From positions 51,832,001 through 51,896,000 of the forward strand of contig NC_043007.1 of NCBI RefSeq assembly GCF_006345805.1: DNA of 64,000 nucleotides, read 5' to 3'. The notes beneath the pieces are model-generated. The model was not told the origin of the DNA. It saw only the letters and a list, made by a program, of their open reading frames with translations, and did no database searches. Positions 1-12,400 of this stretch are shown here, in pieces. The stretch comes from Octopus sinensis (taxonomy: Eukaryota). The position numbers and the translations under genes are program-made. Within the stretch, counting starts at the first letter, position 1. Each line of letters opens with the position of its first letter.

Positions 1-435
1 AAAGCAACAAAATGTTAACTAATTTACAATTTTAATTAATTGTTTACAATAATGTCGATGCTTACAGCAGTAACGTTCAATCATGTAATTCATACTTCGA
101 ACTAGAACGATTGAACCGATGAGAAATATTTATCGTGGGGTTTTGGTTACAGACTGCCGTGAGAAGATGACACATACGATCATCTTTTTGGTCTGTTACC
201 TGATTATCTATCAACTTGCCCTTCGCCGCCTCTCTAAAACTTAATATTGTCACTCATCTGCTGGACATAACAGTTAAATCTCCTTTAAATTTCAACTTAA
301 CATATTAAAGAAGTTGCTAATGTAGCACCAGGTACACTGTATCTGAATATAATACGGTATGGTCACGGATATAACACCTTGATCAATCAATCTGGTTGAT
401 GAAGGACGACCTCCAACGAAAATCCTTATTCGATC

Positions 436-545
<110 letters not shown>

Positions 546-1017
546 GAGAAGGAGATTATAAGTCTTAATGACTATTACTGTTTCACTTGTTTCAATAGGG
601 AATCGAAAATTGATTGATTTCATAGTGTGCCCACTTCTTTGATTGATGTCGATCATAGATTGCTAATTTTTTAAGAAATTCAATTTTGAAAGAATTCAAT
701 CTCAGAAACAGAGACAATTGAACTAAGATATAAAAAAACTGCAGCTCTCTTACCGTTTCTATCAGGCTAACCTAATACTGTGACCTTTTACCATTACAAA
801 AGGATTTACAATAACATCATATTACAGTTCGAAACCTGACCCGCGTCGCTACAAGTATAGCAATCGTAAACAGCTAAAACCAACAAAATTCTATAGGACC
901 AAATCATATTCGGTTTCGTTTCAGTGTTTCGTTGACCTTTCCCAAAACAGCTTCACAAAAACAAAAACAAAACAAAAAGACTCTAAACATAACCGAAACT
1001 CTAAACAGCTGTATATA

Positions 1018-1293
1018 GGTGCAAAGGTGTGGCTGTGTGATAAGAAGCTTGCTTTCCAATCACGTGGTTCTGAGTTCACTCCCACTGTGCGGTATCATGA
1101 GCGAATATCTTCTACTATAGCATCGTGCCAACCAAAGCCTTGTGACTGCATTTAGTAGACAAAAACTGAAAGAATCCTGTCGTGTGTATGTGTGTGTGTG
1201 TTTTCTGCCACCGCTCGACAACCGGTGTTGGTTTGTCTACGTCTCTGTAAACTAGCAATTCGGCAAAAGAGAACGATAGGATAAGCACCAGGC
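1018..1293 (+). mobile_element. tRNA-headed SINE, family A (5' two-thirds)
   Basis: Head gtggctgtgtgataagaagcttgct...ggttctgagttcactccc (A/B-box-like). Body is colinear with copies at 1707-2097 and 51843-52222. Confidence 0.85.
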
Positions 1294-1706
1294 AATAGGT
1301 TTGAACCCGAACTCATCTGGCTATGGAGAGAACGCCTTAACCACAATAGCATACTTGCAAATATATACACACACAAGCACACGCTCACTCATGTATGTAT
1401 TAATGTGCGTAGAGAGAGAAGGGTGGAAGGCAGCGAGAGAAGGGAAGGAGAGAGAGAGAGAGATTCTTTGCTTGTAACTGGATGTTTTAGATATGGCTAC
1501 CTTCGACATTTTCTATCCAAAAGGTTTTTCAAACCAATATTCACATACTATTATTTATAGCATTTATGTGAATCGAGATCCAGTTCCCACAAAAAATTAC
1601 TTCAAGTTCTCTCGAAAGTTTATAAATTCTCATTATGTGTGTGTATGTGTGTGTATATGTGTCTGTGTGCGCGTGTGTGCGTGCGCGAGTGTGTGTATGT
1701 GTGTAT

Positions 1707-2097
1707 CTTTTATTCTTTTATTCTTTTACTTGTTTCAGTCATTTGAGCGCGGCCATGTTGGAGCACCGCCTTGAAGTCTTTTAGTCGAACAAATCGACCC
1801 CAGAATTTATTTTTTAAGCCTAATACTTATTCTATCGATCGCTTTTGCCGAACTGCTAATTTACTGAGATGTATACATACCAACACTTGTTGTCAGGCGG
1901 TAATATGGAGGACACACGCAAACGCAAAGACAGACATACATAGATACGACAGGCTTCTTTCAGTTTCCATCTACCAAATCCAATCACAAGCCTTTGGCTG
2001 ACCTAAAGACACTTGCCCAAGGTGCCACGCAGTGGGACTGAACCTAGAACCATGTACTTGGGAAGCAAGCTTCTTACTACACAGCCACGCTTGCGCC
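1707..2097 (-). mobile_element. tRNA-headed SINE, family A, full length
   Basis: Minus strand reads ggcgcaagcgtggctgtgtagtaagaagc...ggcggtgctccaacatggccgcgctcaaatgactgaaacaagtaaaagaataaaaga. Confidence 0.9.
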
Positions 2098-2573
2098 TCT
2101 GTGTGTGTGTCTGTTTTCGTGTGTGTGTGTGTGTGTGCGCGCGCGCGCGTGTGTGTGTGTCTGTGTGTCTGTGTGTGTAATACGTGCGCAACATTGCATG
2201 TAGCAAAATTGTGAAATCTATATAAATATTGCAAAGTTGAAGCTGCAACTCTAAGCATATAAAAGCATTCTCTGTATGCGCTTTCACTCTTTTGATTAAT
2301 GACGAGTTGCTTAAAGAACAAATATGCGATTTAAGTTATTCAACATAGTAAAAGGACAAATCCTAAAAGCTTCATATATAACAGTTAGATAAGGTAGGCC
2401 AGCAATTGGGAAGGATATTGGGGTTAATTTTCCTCAAAGGCGCAATCAACGCACCGTGGAACGGTCTGTCAGGAGACAAATCTCGCCTATTCTAACAGCA
2501 CAAGGAAAGCATGCAAGGAATATGCTTACAATGTACAACATTACTTGAATATATATATATTATGTATGTATGC

Positions 2574-2608
<35 letters not shown>

Positions 2609-2628
2609 TATATATATGCGTATGTATG

Positions 2629-2702
<74 letters not shown>

Positions 2703-2721
2703 ACGCATATATGGGTACAGG

Positions 2722-3183
2722 ACGTCACAAAAAGTAAACAACATGAAATACGAAGTCAAACTTGGGTATGTGAACAACGAGAGAAACAAATGGAAAACAA
2801 GACAAATAACATAAAGAAAGACCCTTCATCCGTTGTCGGCTGTCCATCTACTCCTTATTTCGGGCAATTAACGACAATGTGAAGCTTCGAAGGGCAGTTG
2901 CTCCCGCGAATCAAAATCGTATGGTTTGTTGTATGTCTCCACTCTCCTGTTTTTGTTACCAACGTTGACCCTCCGCAAATCCCAAATTTTATTTTGGTTC
3001 GCGGGAGGAACTGCCTTTCGAAGCTTCATATTTTTGTTAATTGCTCAAAAAGAGTAGTTGGACAGCCAACAACTGATGAAGGGTCGTTCTTTATGTTACT
3101 TGTCTTGTTTTCCATTTGCTTCTCTCATTGTTCGCACACCCACGTTTGTCTTCGCATTTCATGTTGTTTACTGTTTGTGACGT
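2722..3183. mobile_element. Fold-back element: ~195-bp inverted arms (2722-2917, 2991-3183) around a ~73-bp spacer, set among (TA)n tracts
   Basis: Arms are reverse-complementary along their length, e.g. ctcccgcgaatcaaaat / attttggttcgcgggag and acgtcacaa / ttgtgacgt. Confidence 0.85.
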
Positions 3184-3191
3184 GCATATAT

Positions 3192-3241
<50 letters not shown>

Positions 3242-3324
3242 GTATGTATGTATGTATGTATGTATGTATTATTTACATTATTATATGATTGAACGCCACG
3301 CGTCCATTTACAAGTAAATTATCT

Positions 3325-3369
<45 letters not shown>

Positions 3370-3409
3370 ATATCTAACCTAAAAACAATGCGTATATGTG
3401 TGTGTATTC

Positions 3410-3527
3410 GTGACCGAATAAGTACTAGTCTTACAAAGAATAAGTCCTGGGGGTGATTCGCTCGACGAAAGGGGATGCTCCAGTATGGCCGCAGTCAAAC
3501 GACTAAAACAAGTAAAAGAAAGTAAAA
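3410..3527 (+). mobile_element. SINE family A, 3' fragment
   Basis: aataagtactagtcttacaaagaataagtcctgggg...ccagtatggccgcagtcaaacgactaaaacaagtaaaaga matches the family A tail. Confidence 0.85.
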
Positions 3528-3668
3528 ATAAATATCGGGTCTACATCGAGAATTTGTCTCCATGACAAAATACGGCGAATGACTTTCTTACGAATTTGAA
3601 TGTGACTCAAGCATATTTAAACTGATCACATGTTCATATATACATACATACATACATACATACATACA

Positions 3669-3701
<33 letters not shown>

Positions 3702-3702
3702 G

Positions 3703-4854
3703 TAGACGTAGAACTCAACGAGAAACGAAAACGTAAAAACAAACGTGGCAACGGACCTAAACGAAAAAAACAGAGTACAAGAGAAACTACACAAGGAAAA
3801 ATCCCCTTCATCAGCTGTCCCTGGTTCAACTCCAGCGTTTGTACTCTGTTTTTTTACGTTTAGGTCCGTTTCCACGTTTGTTTTTACGTTTTCGTTTCTC
3901 GTTGAGTTCTACGTCTATTTGTGGTGTCCTGTACTCACGTATATATATTTATATATGCATGTATATGTACATGTAGATGTAGGTACGTACATATATGTAT
4001 GTATGCATATATTTTATTTATTACACTATTGTATGACTGAGCGCCCTCGCGTCGATTCGATTCGTTTTCGTTTCGTTTCATCTCCTCCAAGTAAGTTTTG
4101 TTATTTATAATTGTGACGCGAAACTCTACAACTCTTTGCTTGACCTTCTCTTCCTTCCCTATCTCCCTCCCTCTCTCTCTCACTCCTCCTCATATATCTC
4201 TCTCACAGCCGCTTGTCTTCCTCTCTCTCTCTCTCTCTCACTCCTCCTCATCTCTCTCACAGCCGGGCGAGTTGCTTCCTTTCGCCGCTGGCATTCTAAC
4301 AGTGAACACTGTTCTTCTAGCGCTCTTAGAATCTTTCCTTGTGTAGGCCAGCATTAAGGCCCTCATTGTCTGTTTTTTTGTTTGTTTTATTTCTTGTACT
4401 GTATTTTTCGTACTTGTAATTTTATTCTGTATTTTTATTTTTTGTATTTTTATTTTGTATTTTATTTTGTAATTTTAATTGTATCGTTTTTTTGTCACAT
4501 GTTTAACTTTCCTTGTTTTTACCCCTCTGCGAAGTAATTTTATTTAATTCCTTCGCAGGAAGGATTAGTTCCACGAGTCGTGTTCTGTCCAACCTTCGAA
4601 ACACGCTGGAGTTGAACTAGGGACAGCTGATGAAGGGGATTTTTCCTTGTGTAGTTTGTCTTGTACTCTGCTTTTGTCGTTTAGGTCCGTTTCCACGTTT
4701 GTTTTTACGTTTTCGTTTCTCGTTGAGTTCTACGTCTATTTGTGGTGTCCTGTACTCACGTATATATATTTATATATGCATGTATATATACATGTAGATG
4801 TAGGTACGTACATATATGTATGTATGTATGCATATATTTTATTCATTACACTAT
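3703..4854 (+). mobile_element. Non-autonomous Penelope-like element: inverted repeat segment, partial direct repeat, internal region, full repeat
   Basis: 3839-4029 is directly repeated at 4661-4854. 3703-3840 is the reverse complement of ~4603-4740. The inverted + tandem pseudo-LTR layout is typical of PLE insertions. Confidence 0.65.
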
Positions 4855-4866
4855 ATATATATATAC

Positions 4867-5087
4867 TGTTGTGTCTGGGGAGAGTCATTCTCTTGTAGTG
4901 CCTTATTATTTAACACACTCACCGGTAAAATTTCCACTTATTTCTTATTTTTATTTTCTATAAATTTTCGTTGCGTGTTGCAACCTTTTCAATAGTCTTG
5001 ACTCTGTCCGTTATTTACACTGTAAATAACGGTGAGTGTGTTAAATAATAAGGCACTAAAAGAGAATGACTCTCCCCAGACACAACA
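4867..5087 (-). mobile_element. Fold-back pseudo-LTR fragment (58-bp arms at 4867-4924 and 5030-5087)
   Basis: Near-perfect inverted arms, with a 25-bp junction palindrome at 5008-5032. Contains a hammerhead-like motif. Confidence 0.8.
4958..4995 (-). ncRNA. Minimal type-I hammerhead-like motif, U3-A8 core variant
   Basis: Minus strand: CUA-UUGAAAA-G-GUUGC(AACAC)GCAAC-GAAA-AU-UUA^UAG. Stem I CUA/UAG, stem II 5 bp, palindromic AAAUUU stem III. Confidence 0.6.
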
Positions 5088-5143
5088 GAATATGCTTCAA
5101 CACACGAACTCATATAAAGAAGCTTGCAAATCAAATCCCAAAA

Positions 5144-5228
<85 letters not shown>

Positions 5229-5538
5229 GTATGTATGTATGTATTTATATCTTGTGTATATTTACATATTTTATTATTTTAATTTCTCATACATGCACAC
5301 ACGCATTCACACACACACACACATAAGGAGAGAATGCGAGAAAGTAGAGACAAACAATAACCATATTTGTAATTATAAACAGATGCACTCTAATATAAGT
5401 ATGTATGTATATATTATGTATGTATGTGTGTTTGTATATACATAAGATTGCATGTATGTATAGTGTATGTACGTATGTTAACGGATGTTTGTTTGTTTGT
5501 GTGCGTGCGTGCGTGTGTGTGTGTGTGTGTGTGTGTGC

Positions 5539-5595
<57 letters not shown>

Positions 5596-6507
5596 TGTGT
5601 GTGTGGTGTGTGTGTGTGTGTGTGCGTGAATTTGAGGTGTATAGACGTGTGTGCATGTGAATATACACCCCGAACCTATACATATATTCAACATACGTAA
5701 TTTGTGGATTCACGCATAAACTGTACAAAAGATTAATTTTACACACACACACACACACACCATCACCACCTACTTTACCACCTGACAGCCCAGTAACCCA
5801 CCGACCCCTCTTCTTCCTCACCTCCTATTACTGTTCCTTCATTTACATCAATACCATACCACCCAGCACTGCTACCCACTGTACACCTACCCCAACCCTC
5901 GGCTTGATTCCTTAAAGCTCTTCATTGTATATAAGCAAGGCAGTCTGTATAACAAAATGTTTGTGTAACAATTTTTCTACACGAAAGAAAAAAAAATGAA
6001 GAAAAAGAAAGAAAATAAGGAAAAAAGGAAAAGTGAGAGTGGAGGAGGGTGAAGAAAAGAGGCAACAGTGACATTGTTTATGTAAAGTAATAGCAGCCGA
6101 GTAGTGGTCCACTTGAGGTCTGTTGTATTTACTCAGGGTTCTTTTACAGCCGTTCATGTTTACATAACTTTCGACACCCTTTTTAGCCAATCTCCTAAAC
6201 GATTGTTAGTTTAGCCAAAAGATAGGGCGACGAGCGAACTCCGAACGACGTAAACAGTAAGGGACAATGTAAACCTCGACAAGAAATTCAACGAACGTCA
6301 TCTTCTGATCCGACTTTCGTTTCCTTTCTTCAACCAATTTCGTTTCATTGGTTTTGTCATAATGACGTTTCCGCCGTTAATATTCTCCGAAATAACGTGT
6401 GCATCATTCCACAACAAACAGTTTATTTACCGTCAATGTAGCGCTATGATACTTAATGTGATTAATAAAGTGTGGGAAAGAAAGCATTAAATCATTTATT
6501 CTAAATT

Positions 6508-6956
6508 GGCGGCGAGCTGACAGAATCGTTAGCACGCCGGGCGAAATGCTTACCAGTATTACGTCTGCCGTTACGTTCTGAGTTCAAATTCTGCCAAGGT
6601 CGACTTTGCTTTTCATACTTTCAGAGTCGATTAAATAAGTGGCAGTAACGCATTGGGGTCGATGTAATCGACTTAATCCCTTTGTCTGTCCTTGTTTGTT
6701 CCCACTATGTTTAGCCCCCTGTGAGCAATAAAGAAATAAATATTTTAATCTAAAAAGGCGGCGAGCTGGCAGAAACGTTAGCACACCGGGCGAAATGCTT
6801 AGCGGTATTTCGTCTGACTTTACGTTCTGAGTTCAAATTTGTCGTTCATCCTTTCGGGGTCGATAAATTAAGTGCCATTTGCGTTCTGAGGTCGATCTAA
6901 TCGACGGGCCCCCTCCCCCAAAATGTCGAGCCTTGTGCCTAGAGTAGAAAAGAATA
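6508..6956 (+). mobile_element. Two tandem copies of SINE family B (6508-~6740, 6757-~6956)
   Basis: Both begin ggcggcgagctg(a/g)cagaa..gttagcac.ccgggcgaaatgctta and carry ttacgttctgagttcaaatt and ggggtcgat.taatcgac. Same family as 21732-22650. Confidence 0.85.
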
Positions 6957-7599
6957 TTTTAATATTAAGTTAGCAAATACAGGTGAAAACTCCAGACCTG
7001 TTACCGTCTTATTCTGCCTCCTCAGTAAAGTATTACTTTTTCACTACTTGTTAAATAAATCATAAGTCAACATTTTATTAATGCACAGTAATACGACCAT
7101 ATATATCTGTTTCATTAATTAGTTATATCCCCTCACTTTCACTCTTAAGTACGATGGCTTAACTGTTTATTATTCGTATGGATGCCGCCTATGAATAATT
7201 TTTCACAGATTAATTGTAGTTCACTTTGCGAAAGACGACATGATCATGTTTAGGGTTAAAGATCAAAAGTCTACATTAACTGCTAAAATAGCAGCGAGTA
7301 ATGGTGAAGCAAAACAGCGATATTCTCTGTCGCGAGAATTCAAACTACTGTAACAGCGATACTCCCAGTCACAACTATTCAAAACGGCGTACAAACAATG
7401 ATACTCCCTACTGAGATTATTCAAAATTATGTAACAAAAAGCGATACTCCCTATCGACAAAGTCAGCCCTTTCTCCCCTCGCTATTTTATATTATCATAT
7501 TGTAGTCGAGTTCTGTCTCTTCCGTCGCAGTTGATACTTTAGGAAAACGAATGCTTTTTTTGACGGAGCTGCAATCCTGGATTAAGAAAAGACTAAAAT

Positions 7600-8430
7600 T
7601 AGACGCCTGGCGTCTGAAAAGTAATCAGGCACACACTATTCACTACCAGTTTGGCAATACGGTCGGTAGAAGTTCTACAGTAGCAATATATAGAAATCTA
7701 GTGATGTATAAGAGCGATGACGTTCTCTAGGCGTTGGCGAGGATAAGCTAGCCGCTCTATTTCAGAGAATTTCCAGGCCTAGTACACTATGGTTAATTTC
7801 CAGAAGTCCCAGGCTTGGCAGGGCTACCAAGGAACACTACCGGTTCGAGATAAACTCTACAGGCATGGAAGCGCTGTCAGGAGGGACTGTCCCAGATGCA
7901 CGTAGAGCGATGGAACCGTTCTGCAAGCACTCGTGCAGTATCCGTGGATTGCTGATTTGCCGAACAGCTATAATCGTGTGTAGAACGATTTCGACTCTCG
8001 CTTGAATCCATCGTGCGGATCGCCTCACCACCCACCTTTAACAAGGCAGAGCAGGCAATGTTCTTTCTTATGGCCATGGTGAAAGAAGTTGTGTTGCGGA
8101 CAAGGTTGAAAAGATTAAGAGAAGACACCTTCCTCTTTGGTCAAGCTCTCAACGACTTTTTTAAAGTTTCGCTTGGTAAGGAAAGTGAAGATGGAAAAAG
8201 AAGTGCTACCTCCCAGTGAATTTGTGAAAAGATGGGTGAAAGTGGAAAAATGGTTAAAGTGAATAGCCTTACTCTAAGTATGCGCCTGTAGACTGGATAG
8301 CAGAAGAGACGGCTCATACTTTTGGTGATCAGGGTAATCCTGGATTTGTGGGGTTCCTTGATTGGCCCTGGTTGGAGTTTCTCCTGTATAAAGAGGACTG
8401 CATCATTCATGTTATCACATACTTTGTATA
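7600..8430 (+). pseudogene. L1/Tx1-like LINE 3' end (zf-RVT-like C-terminus and 3' UTR), decayed
   Basis: Manual translation gives LPVRDKLYRHGSAVRRDCPRC..SDGTVLQALVQ, a decayed C-x2-C...H...C zinc-finger region, then ...EVLPPSEFVKRWVKV. Multiple frameshifts and stops. Confidence 0.6.
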
Positions 8431-8619
8431 CTCATCGTCGTCGTCGTCGTCGTCGTCACCTTATTTCGTATCCGAGCATTTATCTTTTTTCTTTGCTGAA
8501 CGCTTCCTTTATTGTGATACTGTTAATGACTCTGTAGACCATAGAAGAGTTGATGGCATTAATTGCATGGCAATGTTGGTGGAGGACGAGGTTGATTCTG
8601 TTGAGCGTTTCTCTCCTGT

Positions 8620-9540
8620 CGCTTGATTTCTTCCTTCTCTTTTCTGGTAGCTTCGAAGTTTTTGATTTCGCTGATGATAGAACGCCGCCACTTGGTACGG
8701 TCTCAGGTTTGTGCTTCAAGCGACTGAGGCTCAATTCCAGTGGCTTTTAGTGTTGCTTTGAGTTGGTCCTTGTATCTTCGAAGAGGACAACCCGTGGCAT
8801 TCTTCCCGAAGTGAGATCACAGAATAAGACTTGGCATGAGAACCTTGACTCTTCCATTTTTGTTGCATGTCCTGACCATCGAAGACGGTGTTTCATGATC
8901 AGCGATTCGATACTTTGACTGTTAGCTTTTTCCAGGACTTTGTTGTTGATTTAATAGTGTTCCAATTTGATACTCAAGATTGAACGAAGCTTTTGTTGGT
9001 GAAAGTGGTCTAATTTTTGGATGTCATGACGATATAGAGCCATATAGCAAGGCTGAGATGACAACAGCATTATAAACCATAATTTTCGTTGTTTCTGTGT
9101 TGCTGATGATGCGTTTGGTTATCTTTCCAAATTCCCCGTGTACAACTCCAATTCTATGTTCCACATCCTTTTCTGAAGTGCACTTTTTTGGTAAAAGGCT
9201 GCTTAGATGTGGAAAACGCACTACTTTTTCGAGGAGTGTATTCGAGATGGTAACGTCAAAATCTGGTAAGATGGTATTTTGGGCTAGTTGTGCAAGGATC
9301 TTGGTTTTCTTTATTTTTCCTGTAAGGCCAAAGTGATGGTAAGCCATAGCAAAGTTGTTCACAGACTGTTGGAGTTCTTTTGAATGACAGAGGGCAGCAT
9401 TGTCATCAGCATAATAAAGTTCTGAGATGTGTTGCATGTGTGTTAGATGTTTAGATTGAAGTCTACTAAGATTGAAAAGTCCTCCATCATATCGATATCT
9501 GATGTCAATTCCTGGATTATCTGGAGGAACTTCGTTAAGT
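8620..9540 (-). pseudogene. RTE-clade LINE, RT C-terminal fragment
   Basis: ORF 9024-9545: GIDIRYRYDGGLFNLSRL...ELYYADD...LLYGS. Continues to RLRWSGH, a typical RTE 3' motif. Confidence 0.85.
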
Positions 9541-9870
9541 AGCATGGACCAGCGGTTAGAACGTCGGGCTCACAATCAAGGGGCAATGAATTCAATTCCT
9601 GGACCGGCCTATGTGTGTTATGTTCTTGAGCAAGACACTTTTATTACACGTTGTTCCAGTTCACTCAGCTGTAGAAATGAGTTACAACGTCACTAGTGCA
9701 AGCTGTATCGGCCTTTACATTTCGCTAGGATAACATTAGTGGAGTGGAGAGGGGAGGCTGGTAGGCATGGTTGACTGTTGGTCTTCCATCAACCGGACTT
9801 GTGCCTCGGAGAGGAGTTTTCTAGGTGCGATCCCATGGTCATTCATGACCGAAAGGGTCTTTACACTCTT
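9541..9870 (+). mobile_element. tRNA-headed SINE with CORE-like central domain (family C)
   Basis: Head ccagcggttagaacgtcgggctcacaatc...attcaattcctgg, then ttgagcaagacactt and cagctgtagaaatgag resembling the CORE-SINE block. Related minus-strand copies at ~37240-37400 and ~44180-44420. Confidence 0.7.
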
Positions 9871-10032
9871 TTGTATACTATGTACACCCTTATCGCATCT
9901 TACTGTCTCGTCCAGTTCTTTCTTCTCATCCTTTATGTAAATCCCCACACAAATCGTTGTCTGTCCTTGTGATGTAACCATAATTTCTGCTCTTGTGTCT
10001 CATAAAAGAAATTATTATTGTTACTGTGGTGG

Positions 10033-10083
<51 letters not shown>

Positions 10084-10729
10084 TTGCTGCCACTGGCGAA
10101 AACGATCTTGTGGTGTTTCTCGATTTCAACATCAGATCCAGCAACTCATTGAATTGTAGCTGTTGCTGTTGTAGTTGTTGGTGCAACTCCTGTTGCTGCT
10201 GTTGCTGTCGCAATTCCTGTTGCTGCTGTTGCTGTTGCAACTGTAATATGTCAGCTAATAGGTCTTCTATAATCAACGAATATTTTGTATTATAAAAAAT
10301 TGTTAATGACCAACATAAGCTTCAAATCACTCATTGCCACTTTAATAACGTGGTTTCTGCACATGTCACCTTAGTGTCCTTACTATATATCACACTAATA
10401 CAGTGTAGTATATAGTACCATGGAATGGGGTAAACACCAATTGTCTCTACTTGATGTATTCCCAAATACTCTGCCAACAACTGTAACCAACCCAAAACAG
10501 CTCTCAGCGAATTACAACAACTTCTCAACAATTTCCTGCGACTCCACGAACTCACGAACGACACATTTCCTCTTCCTGCAATTTCTCATCTCTCACTCTC
10601 TGTCAAAACACGCTGCTACTTGTACGAGTTCAGCCAGTCCATTCTCACAGGAGGTGTCATATTCTTGCCATAATAGTTTCTAAGTTTCCTTCTATTCTAT
10701 TTCTATCGTTAATGCCTTACTGAACCTAC

Positions 10730-10855
10730 TAGTATGCTACTCTGATCTCTGTAAGCTTGACACACCGAGAGTAGCACATTCAGCTTCCAGTAACCGGATC
10801 CCTGCCAACGAAAGTTATCTAGGTTGACGGCGCAGATCACAAATTTATGGTCTAT
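10730..10855 (-). pseudogene. L1/Tx1-like APE endonuclease C-terminal fragment
   Basis: DHKFVICAVNLDNFRWQGSGYWKLN matches the (S)DH...G.G.WKLN end of L1/Tx1 endonucleases. Confidence 0.6.
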
Positions 10856-10879
10856 AAGTTGGTTTTTTTTTGTTTTTGT

Positions 10880-11450
10880 TTTTTTGTTTTTTGTAGGTAA
10901 CAATTTATCAAAAATTGATTTTATCTTCCGGGCAAACATTATTTCTGCGGGCGACTTGTCTGAACAGATGTTCGGATTAGGTGTTACCCTGTAAACCCTT
11001 AAGAATTGTGTTAGTGCCGCATCATTGTCCAATTCATTCCCTGATTTTTTTTAGTGCTCGCTTAAATGTGTCTACAAACTTTTGTGCTTGCCCATTTGAT
11101 CTTAGGTAGGACGGTGGAGCAGAGATGTGACTGATTGCATACCTCTCACAGAAATTTTTTAATCCGTATCCTGAAAACTACGTACCGTTATCCGACGTTA
11201 TGGTGTCTCGGACACCGTATCGTGCAAAAAGTTCGTGAAGGAACCTTATTGTTACTTTCCAGGTTGGTTGACTGCATTTACATGTCTCTGGCCACGTGGT
11301 ATAGTTGTCTACTATGATCAGATAATACGCACCGTTTACTGGTCCAGCAAAATCTACATGTAGTCCTGGACCACGGACTGTCTGCGTTAGGTCACGGTGG
11401 GAATTTCACCGGTTGTGACTTTGCTGCGAGAGTAGAATGTAGGATCCCGC
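10880..11450 (-). pseudogene. Ty3/Gypsy integrase core, decayed
   Basis: Manual translation: LHVDFAGPVNGAYYLIIVDNY...LFARYGVRDTITSDNG...SNGQAQKFVDTFKRALKK...FLRVYRVTP...SPAEIMFARKIKSIFDKLLP. Confidence 0.85.
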
Positions 11451-12400
11451 GATACTACAAATGTGGCCTTAAAGGCCACATTAGAGCGGACTTTCCTCCA
11501 CCACCCGTGAAGACTAAAGAGAAACTCGAGAGCAGGAAGGAAATCGCGGCTTCACCACCAACGAAAATCAGTACCAGCGCCGAGGAAGAGGAGGTAAACG
11601 AGGGAAAGAACGGGTGGAAAACGGCTGGGAAAAAAGAAGAAAGAGAAGTAAAAAAGCACACTTTGTAAATGATGACCATAATCCCACATCCACTCAACTC
11701 CCACCCACGCCCATTTTACTCCAACCTTCCCCTATAGACACCAACCGTCTGCATGTCCTACCTGACACAAAGACAAGCACAAGCATACAGGAGCCCAAAA
11801 CTTTCCCACCCTTGCCCTATAAGAAAAATATGTTATACTGTACAACGGACAAAATGAAAAACTTTATATAATTAGATAGACTCGTGGGACAAAGCGATAA
11901 AAGTGAATATAACAGAAGTTAAAGGATTGCCCGAGTACTTTCAGTGTGCGGTGGCAGAGTATCTTTCGAGAGTAAAGGATTATGAAGAGGACGTTATAAA
12001 AGAAACTTAGAAGAGGCACTCAAAAAAGGTATTGTAACCTACGCGCTCGCGGCGAGATTGACCTTGGACCAATAATTCGATGCTAAGCACGAAGATGCAT
12101 TGTCAGAACTAAGGTGCTTGTTATAAAAAACGAGGGGACGAAAGTCGTTCGATGGGCCCCAGTGGCAGAGGCGCAACGTAGCAACAAAACCACAATTCGG
12201 TCTTTGGTGGACGAAAATGGGCACCTGCTACTTGAGTCCGATGTAGGAGGTATTTCAGCAGCACTTCGCTGAACTATTTGGGACGAACTATTTGGGCGAG
12301 ATGGACTTCAGTGCCTACCTTTACAGCATGTTACGACTCTCTGCAAAGGAGGCAGATCGTTGCGAAATTCTGATAACAGCCGCGATGTGCAGTATTTTGT
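11450..12400 (+). pseudogene. L1/Tx1-like LINE fragments: ORF1 zinc-knuckle remnant and ORF2 EN-RT linker
   Basis: YKCGLKGHIRAD is a decayed CCHC knuckle. Then WDKAIK...TIRSLVDENG...FQQHFAELFG...DFSAYL, with stops. Confidence 0.55.

Noticed and set aside
4590-4640. CTGATGAAGG at ~4627 and ~3073 as canonical hammerheads
   Set aside because: No downstream stem II plus GAAA, and no valid NUH site with stem I in any standard permutation. Kept only as an unexplained shared motif.
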